Of a DNA stretch of 64,000 nt, positions 19,594 to 28,500 are shown piece by piece. The stretch is from a virus. Made by a program: the position numbers and the translations under genes. Numbering within the stretch: the first letter of the stretch is position 1; each line of letters opens with the position of its first letter. Below the pieces are notes generated by a model that was not told where the DNA came from, ran no database searches, and worked only from the letters and a program-made list of their open reading frames with translations. Location of the stretch: the IMG/VR virus record IMGVR_UViG_3300044742_000149, positions 4,005-68,004 of that record, one strand, 5' to 3'.

Positions 19594-22500
19594 ATGGCAT
19601 TCGGAGACCTTCGCACCGGCACGCTGACCGGCGGTGCCGCGTCGATAACCGGCGGCGCGATGCCGGGTTCCGGCAGCATCACGGTCTCAGTCGGCGATCT
19701 CCTGGTCGTCATGGTCGCCGAGATCACCGCCAACACCGTCACCAGCGTCACGACCGGCGCTTATGGACTGACGTTGACGCCGGTCAACGCGGGCACGTTA
19801 TCGACCGTCGCCGGCAGGCTTTTCTACGGCATCTGCCTGACCGCCGGAACGATCACCGCGATCAGCGCCGCGGCGACCACGTCAGCGAACGACTGGGCGA
19901 TTGCCGGCGCGGCGTTCGAGGGTCCGTTCAACACCATCGACCGGGCTCCGGCCAACACGGTCGACGCCGCCACGCCGTTTACCTGCGCCGCGACCACGAC
20001 GTTATCTCAGGCCAATGAAATAATCATCGCGGGTTTGGCTCTCACCAGGGGCCAGACCGCGACCACGGCGACCTCGCCGTTGTTGCTGGCGGTCAACGCC
20101 GCGTCATCTACCGCAAACGCGGCGAACTCGGCGTCGGCGTCCATCGGCAGACAGGTCGTCGCCGCCACGACATCGGTCACCCCGGTTTTCGCCAGCACCG
20201 GCACGATCAATGGCGGCGTGCAGATCGTCGCGACGTTCCGGCAGGGTTCTCCCCCCGGAACCGGCGCGGCGGCCGGCGTCGGCGCGGCGACGGGCGATGG
20301 AGACTCGTTGCGACGGGCGACCGGCGACAACGCCGGAGCGGTGGGCACCGCGACCGGCGTCGGTGTGTCGGCGATCACGGCGACCGGCTCGGCGGCGGGT
20401 GTCGGCGCGGCGGCGGCGGTCCAGAACGTCCTCGTGGGGTTCCGCTCGGCGTTGTTCCGCTGGACCGGCGGCTTCGCGGCGGCGGCGGTCGATCCCGGTC
20501 TCGCGACCGGCACCGCCGCCGGAACCGGCGCGGCGCGAGCCGACGCGCTGACCATCGGCGTGGCGGCGGGAACGGGCGCGGCGACGGCGGTGGCGGTCGT
20601 TCCCATGGCGCCCCTCGACGCCAACACGGTGTTGCTGTGCCACGCGGATTACGACGGCTCGAATCCGCTGGCGTTCGTTGACAATTCTTTCAGCGCGCAT
20701 TCGCTGACATCAACCAACAGCGCCCAGGTCAATCACACCGCCGGAGCACAGAAGTTCGGGAGTGGGGGTCTTTGGACGCCGTTCAGCGACAGTTATGTCG
20801 ATGTCGCGGGAAGCGTCTCGGACTTCAATTTCGGTTCCGGGCCGTTCACCATCGAGGCATGGATTTTTCTCGCCGCGACACCGCCTGGCTACGTTCCGGT
20901 AATAACGCAAGCATCGAACACCGGTTCGGATAACGGCTGGGCGTTTCTTGTTGAACCTACTGGATACGCCTTCTTCTACACCACCAATGGGACCATTTGG
21001 AACGCCGTTGGAGAAACCAGGAGTTGGGCGTCCGATCTGAATACATGGACGCATTTCGCGGTCGATAGAGATGCCAGTAACAATCTACGCTTCTACATCA
21101 ACGGAGCGGTTGTTCTTAACACCAGCCTCGCAAGCTCCATCTATCCATCGACCAGAAACGCCGCGCTTGGAAACTACGATGCCGGCGCGTCGAATTTCCC
21201 CGGCTACATCGATGAGATAAGGGTTTCAAAAGGCGTCGCTCGTTACGGCGGCGCGTTCACGCCAGCGACCGCGCCATTCGCGGACGGCACCGTGTCGGCG
21301 GTCGGCGCCGGGTCGGCGGCTGGCGTGGGAGCCGCCACCGCGACGGGTATTGGGCTGGCGCGCGCCGATGGCGCCGCCGCGGGTCTGGGAGTCGCGCAGG
21401 CTACCGGCATCGCGCTGACACGTTCGGATGGTGCCACCAGCGGTCTGGGAGCCGCCCAGGCGGTAGGCGTTCGCCTGGCACGCGCGGATGGTGCCACCGC
21501 CGGTCTCGGTGCCGCCACGGCGGCTGGGATCGGCCTGACGGCGGGGGCTGGAGCCGCCAGTGGCATCGGCGCGGCGAATGGGACCGGCGCCTCCCTGTTC
21601 ATCGGAACCGGCGCGGCGGCCGGCATTGGTGCCGCTACTGGTTCCGCGTCCGCCGGTCTGGCTTCCGGAGCGGCGACAGGCCTTGGGACCTCCACCGGGA
21701 TCGGCGCTTCACTGGCGCGGTCGGATGGGGCCGCGGCTGGTATCGGAGCGGCGACGGCGCGCTCTCTGGGAATTGGTGCCGCCACCGGCCTGGGAGCCGC
21801 GCAGGCGACCGGGATCTGGCAGACGCGGGCTGACGGTGCCGCCACCGGCATCGGCGTGGCGACCGGCGTCGGTGCCTCGCTCGCGGCTGGTGTCGGCGCG
21901 GCGGCGGGCGTCGGCGAAGCTATCGGCTCACCTTCAGCGGGCTTTGCTTCCGGCGCGGCGGTGGGTCTGGGGACCGCTACCGGAGTTGGTGCTTCGCTGG
22001 CGCGCTCGGATGGTGTCGCCAGCGGCGTTGGGGCCGTCACCGCTCGACCGCTCGGGCTTGGTGCCGCCGCCGGCCTTGGGGTCGCCACTGCGACCGGTAT
22101 CGCGCTGGTGCGCGCCGATGGTGTCGCCATCGGCATCGGCGCCGCCACGGCGCGCCCCGTGTGGCTCGGCGTGGCGACCGGCGTGGGCACCGCCCAGGCG
22201 ACCGGCATCGCGCTTACGCGGGTTGATGGTGCCGCCAGTGGTGCTGGCGTGGCGACCGGCATCGGCGCCTCGCTCGCTTCCGGGGTCGGCGCGGCGGCGG
22301 GACTTGGAGCCGCAACCGGCTCACCGTCCGCCGGTTTCGCTTCCGCGACGGCGGCCGGTCTGGGCGCCGCGACGGCGGTCGGGCGCGCCCTGGCGCGGGC
22401 GGATGGGGCCGTCAGCGGCGCGGGAGCCGCGACCGGCGTCGGCGCTTCCCTGGTCGTCACGACCGGTGTGGCGGCGGGCCTGGGCGCGGCGTTTGGATCG

Positions 22501-22830
22501 CCGTCCGCTGGCTTCGCTTCCGCCGCGGCTTCCGGCACGGGTACCGCCACGGCGGTGGGTTCCTGGCTGTTCGCCGGGACCGGCGCGGCGGCGGGCGTTG
22601 GGACAGCTACCGCGCGACCCATGGGGATCGGTGCCGCGACGGGTCTGGGAACCGCCCAGGCGGTCGGGCGTGCGTTGGTGGACGCGGTGGGCACGGCCAG
22701 CGGTCTGGGCGTGGCGACCGGTCTCGGTGCCTCGCGGATCGTCGGCGTCGGCGCGGCGGCGGGTGTCGGTCTGGCGAGCGCGCGGGGACGCGTTCGTGAC
22801 GCCCAGGTGCGCGTGATGGTCATGGCATGA
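19594..22830 (+). CDS. Large virion protein: LamG-like domain plus long Gly/Ala/Thr repeat region
   Basis: TVLL.H.D, FG...FTIE.W, WTHFAV.R, GYIDE.RVSKG.ARY...FTP; GxAxGxGxAxG repeats from about 21290 to 22790. Confidence 0.85.
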   Translation: MAFGDLRTGTLTGGAASITGGAMPGSGSITVSVGDLLVVMVAEITANTVTSVTTGAYGLTLTPVNAGTLSTVAGRLFYGICLTAGTITAISAAATTSANDWAIAGAAFEGPFNTIDRAPANTVDAATPFTCAATTTLSQANEIIIAGLALTRGQTATTATSPLLLAVNAASSTANAANSASASIGRQVVAATTSVTPVFASTGTINGGVQIVATFRQGSPPGTGAAAGVGAATGDGDSLRRATGDNAGAVGTATGVGVSAITATGSAAGVGAAAAVQNVLVGFRSALFRWTGGFAAAAVDPGLATGTAAGTGAARADALTIGVAAGTGAATAVAVVPMAPLDANTVLLCHADYDGSNPLAFVDNSFSAHSLTSTNSAQVNHTAGAQKFGSGGLWTPFSDSYVDVAGSVSDFNFGSGPFTIEAWIFLAATPPGYVPVITQASNTGSDNGWAFLVEPTGYAFFYTTNGTIWNAVGETRSWASDLNTWTHFAVDRDASNNLRFYINGAVVLNTSLASSIYPSTRNAALGNYDAGASNFPGYIDEIRVSKGVARYGGAFTPATAPFADGTVSAVGAGSAAGVGAATATGIGLARADGAAAGLGVAQATGIALTRSDGATSGLGAAQAVGVRLARADGATAGLGAATAAGIGLTAGAGAASGIGAANGTGASLFIGTGAAAGIGAATGSASAGLASGAATGLGTSTGIGASLARSDGAAAGIGAATARSLGIGAATGLGAAQATGIWQTRADGAATGIGVATGVGASLAAGVGAAAGVGEAIGSPSAGFASGAAVGLGTATGVGASLARSDGVASGVGAVTARPLGLGAAAGLGVATATGIALVRADGVAIGIGAATARPVWLGVATGVGTAQATGIALTRVDGAASGAGVATGIGASLASGVGAAAGLGAATGSPSAGFASATAAGLGAATAVGRALARADGAVSGAGAATGVGASLVVTTGVAAGLGAAFGSPSAGFASAAASGTGTATAVGSWLFAGTGAAAGVGTATARPMGIGAATGLGTAQAVGRALVDAVGTASGLGVATGLGASRIVGVGAAAGVGLASARGRVRDAQVRVMVMA

Positions 22831-22840
22831 GAGGATCGAA

Positions 22841-24226
22841 ATGAAAATCTCCGAATTCGAGCCGCTTAGTTCCGGTTTCACGCCGACATTGGATATCGTG
22901 CCACTGGTTCACGCCGGCAAAAATTATTCAATGCGGATCAGCGATCTACAGATATCCGCCGAGGGTTCCAACTTCCTTCCGACCACGGGCGGAATACTCA
23001 CGGGGCCGTTATATTTGTACGCGGCGCCATCAGATCCGCTCGAAGCGGCGACGAAGGCTTATGTCGATGAACATGTATCGCCAAGCGGTGACGCGCTGCC
23101 TTTGACCGGCGGTGAGTTGTCAGGTCCTTTGTTTTTATCGCGCGATCCGCTCGACGCGAACGAAGCGACGACCAAGAGTTATACCGACGCGATGTTCGCC
23201 GACGCCGCGATGGGTGGCGTGTCGGTGCTGGAATACAGACTGAAAACCGTGACCACGTTCGCCGATCCTGGCCCCGGCAATATGGGATTCAATAGCGCGA
23301 CGCAGGAAGAAGCGACCATGCTGTACATCGACCAGGTGTCGATGGCCGGACGCGACTGGACGAACCTGCTACTGACTCTGCGGGTCGGCCAGAGGATCTC
23401 GATCCAGAGCATTTCCGATCACAACCGCGTGGCGCGTTTCGCCGTTTCCGGCACGGTGCTGGACCAGGGCGGCTGGACGACGGTCCCGGTCACGCCGGTC
23501 AATGCCACGGGCTTCCCGCTGGCCAACAACACCGACGTGGCCATCGCCGTGCTCGGCATGAATTCGGATTTGTGGTTGCCTCTGGAAGGCGGCACCCTCA
23601 CCGGACCCCTCCATATCCAGCATCCGACCGACGCGAATATCTACGTGACCGCGACTGGCAGTTCATGGCCAGGCATCAAATGGGACACGACGACGACCGG
23701 CACGGCCTGCGGATACTTCGAGTCCAAGCGACAGGGTCTGTCGCGTTGGGCGGTCGAGTTCGGCTCGACGGAAGCGGAGACGACCGGAACCAACCAGGGC
23801 TCCAATTTTCATATCCGCCCTTTCAATGATAACGGCTCGGCGCAGCCGCTGATATTCGGCCTGTATCGAAACGACCGTCACGGCTACATGGACGGGGCGT
23901 TTACTTTCGGCCTGGGTTTGAAGAACGCGGTCACCATCACGCCCGGCAGCAACACCGCCAACGCCGCCGTCATCTCGGCGACCGGCGCCGCCGGCATCAG
24001 CGTCACCTCCCGGCTTTACCTACAGGGCAACCCGACCGCGAACCTGGAAGCGGTGCCGAAACAATGGGTCGAGGCGAACTACACGACGGCGACGAACGTC
24101 GTGCAAAAATCCGGGGACACGATGCTGGGGCGATTACAGTTGTCCGATCAGATACCCATCACCGCGTCGGAAGCGGCGAGTAAATTCTACGTCGAGAACC
24201 ATACCGTGGACGGAGGTAATTTTTAG
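22841..24226 (+). CDS. Tail fibre-like protein 1
   Basis: Repeated LP..GG.LTGPL.L..DP....EA.TK.Y.D fibre motifs; ends VDGGNF. Confidence 0.8.
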   Translation: MKISEFEPLSSGFTPTLDIVPLVHAGKNYSMRISDLQISAEGSNFLPTTGGILTGPLYLYAAPSDPLEAATKAYVDEHVSPSGDALPLTGGELSGPLFLSRDPLDANEATTKSYTDAMFADAAMGGVSVLEYRLKTVTTFADPGPGNMGFNSATQEEATMLYIDQVSMAGRDWTNLLLTLRVGQRISIQSISDHNRVARFAVSGTVLDQGGWTTVPVTPVNATGFPLANNTDVAIAVLGMNSDLWLPLEGGTLTGPLHIQHPTDANIYVTATGSSWPGIKWDTTTTGTACGYFESKRQGLSRWAVEFGSTEAETTGTNQGSNFHIRPFNDNGSAQPLIFGLYRNDRHGYMDGAFTFGLGLKNAVTITPGSNTANAAVISATGAAGISVTSRLYLQGNPTANLEAVPKQWVEANYTTATNVVQKSGDTMLGRLQLSDQIPITASEAASKFYVENHTVDGGNF

Positions 24227-25573
24227 ATGACCGATGTCCTTCGCATCAAGCGCCGTGTCAGCGGCGGGGCCGGTGCCCCATCCGGTCTGGCGAACGCCGA
24301 GTTGGCATATAACGAAGTCGATCATATCCTCTATTACGGCGAGGGAACGGGTGGCTCGGGCGGCTCCGCGTCGGTGATCGCCGCCATCGCCGGACAGGGT
24401 CTGGCCTATAATTCCAATCCGACGATGAACGGTTCCGTGGCGGCCGGCGCCGCTTCGCTTTGGGCGCGCGGCGATCATGTCCATCCCGTGGACACCTCGC
24501 GCGCGTCGGTCGCGTCCGTGCCGCTGGCGCAGACCGATCTGCCGCTGGTGGACAGCGGGACCGGTGTCACCGGCACCGGCACGACCTACGCGCGGAACGA
24601 TCACCGCCATCCGATCGATCTGACCCGCGCGCCCCTGGATAATCCCGTGTTCACCGGGGACGCGCGTCTGACGACATCGCCGGTCAATACCGACAACGAC
24701 AAGAGCATCGCCTCGACGGAATTCGTGAAGGGCCAGCGGCTCGATCAGTTCGCGTTGCCGACCGCGACCGTGAACATGAATGGCCAGATCGTCAGCAACG
24801 TCCAGCAAGGCACCGCCGGGACGGATGTCGCGACCAGGGCTTACGTCGATGCGAACTCGGCCGGTCTGGTGGCGCACACCGCCGTCGCGGCGGCGACCGT
24901 GGCGAATATCACGCTGTCGGGAGCGCAGACCATCGACGGGGTCGCGGTGACCACTTCCAACCGGGTGCTGGTGAAGGACCAGGCGGCGGCTCAGACGAAT
25001 GGCATTTACGTGGTGCAGACGGGAGCGTGGTCACGCGCCGCGGACATGGATGTCTGGACCGAGGTGCCGCAGGCCTACGTGTTGGTCAGCAACGGCACGG
25101 TCAACGCCGCCAGCGGCTGGGTCTGCAATTCATCGCCTGGCGGCACGCTGGAAACCACGCCGATCACCTGGCAGCAGTTCAGCCAGCAAACGCAGGTCAC
25201 CGCCGGGGCCGGTCTCACGCGCACGGGCAACCAGTTCGATGTCGTCGGTGTCGCCAACCAGATCATCGTCAACGCCGATGATATCGGCATCCATTCCGGT
25301 TATGTCGGACAATCCTCGATCACCACGCTGGGTACCATCGCCGGGAGCGCGGTCTGGAACGCCACCACCATCGCCATGGGCAAGGGCGGCACGGGTGCCA
25401 CGTCCATCGCCAGCGGTTACGTGACCTCCAACGGATCATTGCTTTCGTCGGTTTCGACCATCCCCAACACCGCGATCAACGGGCTCGGCACGATGTCCAC
25501 GCAGGCCGCCAACAACGTGGCCATCACGGGCGGTACGATCGAGAACGTCGTATTCGATATGGGCACGTTTTAG
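24227..25573 (+). CDS. Tail fibre-like protein 2 (Mtd_N-like N-terminus)
   Basis: LRIKRR..G.G.P..L..AELAYNE....LY.G; ANITLSG.QTIDGV...RVLVKDQ...NGIYV...W.RA.D; ends DMGTF. Confidence 0.85.
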   Translation: MTDVLRIKRRVSGGAGAPSGLANAELAYNEVDHILYYGEGTGGSGGSASVIAAIAGQGLAYNSNPTMNGSVAAGAASLWARGDHVHPVDTSRASVASVPLAQTDLPLVDSGTGVTGTGTTYARNDHRHPIDLTRAPLDNPVFTGDARLTTSPVNTDNDKSIASTEFVKGQRLDQFALPTATVNMNGQIVSNVQQGTAGTDVATRAYVDANSAGLVAHTAVAAATVANITLSGAQTIDGVAVTTSNRVLVKDQAAAQTNGIYVVQTGAWSRAADMDVWTEVPQAYVLVSNGTVNAASGWVCNSSPGGTLETTPITWQQFSQQTQVTAGAGLTRTGNQFDVVGVANQIIVNADDIGIHSGYVGQSSITTLGTIAGSAVWNATTIAMGKGGTGATSIASGYVTSNGSLLSSVSTIPNTAINGLGTMSTQAANNVAITGGTIENVVFDMGTF

Positions 25574-25591
25574 AACGGTATCGGAACATAG

Positions 25592-28500
25592 ATGACCGAC
25601 ACGCTTCGCATCAAGCGACGACCGGCCGGGGGCGCCGCCGGGGCGCCCACGTCCCTGTCGTCGTCCGAGATCGCGTTCAACGAGGTTGACGACACGCTCT
25701 GGTATGGCAAGGGCGACAGCGGCGGGCTGGCGACCAGCATCATCCCCATCGCGGGAGCGGGCGCGTTCCCCGCGCTCGGTGATGGACGGTGGGTAAAAAA
25801 AGCCGGCGACACGATGGTGGGCGGGCTGAGTTTTGGTCAGCAGACTTCGCCCGGTGACGTGGCGACCAACGTTTCAAGGCACATCTCGCTTTACGACGGG
25901 TTCGGCGGGTTCTCGATCACGCCCGGCACGATGAACGTCGTGTCCGGCGGGGATCTGTCACTGTTCGGCGGCTGGAACAAAGGGCTGACGCTGAACGGCA
26001 CCACGCTATGGTCTTACGTTCCCATCTCGCTGCCATCGCCAAACCCGACGGATGGACTGCACGCGGCGCACAGGAACTACGTGGATGGCGCGGTCACGCG
26101 CGCGGGTGGGCCGTTCCTGGCTCTCGCTGGTGGATCGATGCTCGGCCAGTTGAACATAACCAACAACACCAATTTCGTCCTCAAGGACGCTTCCGGCGGC
26201 GATGTTCGGTTCGTTGTCGGCAGCGATAATCATTTCGGACTTTACAGCACCAACGCGGCGGGCGCGACCGCTATCACGGTGTGGGACTTCTACGCGCGCA
26301 CCGATAGTCCAACGCAGACGTTCCGGTTGAGGACTTACTTTTCCCAGATGACGCATCACGACGGCGGCCTGGCCTGGCCAACCGCTGGCGGCGACTTTAG
26401 GCAAGGCTCGCTCTACGCGGACGCCAACTGGGGCGGTCTGTTCCGGGGCTTCGCTGGCAACATGGCTGATCTCGGCCTCGCGGACAGAGATGGCAACATC
26501 ATGTTGCGGATACGCCAGGGTTGGATTGAGTTCACCGAGGCTGTCAGCGTCACGAATACGGCCGTTACCCTGACGCTGAGTAAAGACCCGACAGAAGACA
26601 TGCACGCGGTGACGCGGCGCTACGCCACTACCAATTTCGCGCCCATCGTGAGCGGCGGCTATCTCGCGCTCACTGGCGGCGCGATGACCGGGGCGATCCA
26701 GTTCAACGCCAGCGGGAATAATAATTACATCGGCCAGGGCGCCGATGGCGTCGGGGCGGTCAACAACAACATCAAGATATCGTCGTGGTGGGGCGTCGGC
26801 TTCTACAACAACGTTGGTGTTGGGTCGGTGCCGGGCGGACAGGCTGGCATTTGGTTCGATACCCGTGAGGGCAACGCGACATTCCGCAATGTGAGCACGA
26901 CCGGTCTCTATGTCGGCGGCGACAGCACGACGCACAACATCTACCACGACGGCAGCGTCGGCATCATGTATCGCGGCGTCGCGGGCGCCGATTGGTTCGC
27001 CTTCAAATGGGACGGTACTTATTCGCACATAATCGTCAATGGCGGCGATCAGGGCACGCTCGCCACCCAGGCCTGGACGAATACCAACTTCGCGGCTTCG
27101 GGCGCGCTTGGTAGCTATGTCGCCAAGGCCGGCGATGTCATGTCCGGCGGACTCCGAATTAATTACACGCCGACCAACACGTCGGCGCAGCTTTGGTTGA
27201 GCCCAAACAGCGGCAACGCCGGGGCCAGCATCATCCGTTTCAACGGCACGTTCGCCGCGCCCCAGCCGGATACGGGGCCGCGCTACGCCACTTCGATCCG
27301 TTCCGGTCAGTCCACGACCGGTTGGGGCGGTGAATACCTGGACGTTTGGATAACGGACCAGGTCAACGACGTGAACTCCGACGCCAGACAAACACGCGCC
27401 GCGCGTTTCACGTTGGGTCAGACGACATTCGACACGCCGGTCGTCATCAACCGCAATCTGTTCGTCAACGGGGCCGCGGGCGATCCGGTTTCCATAAGTG
27501 CCCCCAACGGAAGCTGGGGACGCTATTTCTCAACCGTCGTTGGTACGCGGACCTGGGCGGCGGGGACGAGTTATTATGGTGCTTATGTCATCAGCGACGA
27601 GAACGTGCCAGCGGTTCGTTTCCAGATCGGCACGGATGGAAACGCGGATGTCGCGCAGGGATTGACGGTCGGCGCGAACCTCAACATCCCGAATGGCGGT
27701 ATCAACCTCATCAACGGCGTTTCAACCGGCAGCGCGCAGAACAGCACGCGCGGGATCACGTTCTGGGGGCCGGTCACGGGACCGAATTACGGCATCGTGG
27801 TGACCGGCAACACGCTGAACTACAACACCGACAACACCTTGGGCGCGCACGACTTTTACTCGGGTGGTGGATCGGTTCTGTTCCGCATAAAGGGCGGCGA
27901 CCGGGTCACTTCAAATCTGCCGATCTTCGCCAGGAACAACATTCAGATCGATGGCACGGCCGGCGCGAGCGTTGGCCTGACCCTCAACAATGGCGGCGGC
28001 GGTGGCGTAAACGATATCCTTGGCTACAACAACAGCTCGCTGCGCTGGATCATGCGGTTGGGCGGCGCCAATGACCAGACTGGTGATCCCATCACCGGGA
28101 CCGGCGGCTCGGCCTTCGCGCTATTTGCTTATCGCAATGATGGCAACTTCCTCGGCCAGCCGTTCTACATCACGCGTTCCGCGACCGGCGGCGACACGAC
28201 GATCAACGGCTATGGCTACGTCGCCAACAGTCCGAATGGGGCTAATGGCATCGTCAACCTCGGATATCTCCAGGCGAACTACATCTCGGCGACCGCCGGA
28301 GACGCGCGATGGGTGAACCAGAGCGGCGACGAGATCACCGGACAACTTGTCGTGACCGGCACGACCTTCGCCAACGGACGCTTCCTGTTCAACGATCAAA
28401 TGGGTCACGTTCCGGTTCCGTCCGCTGGCGCTGGCTATCTTGGATGGAACGTCAGCAATGGTTGGGGCGAGGTCAATTTCGTCAATGGTTGCTACTGGGC

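Noticed and set aside
21243-22823. Long antisense (526 aa) and alternate-frame (418 aa) ORFs
   Set aside because: Shadow frames of GC-rich Gly/Ala repeat codons; low complexity and no motifs
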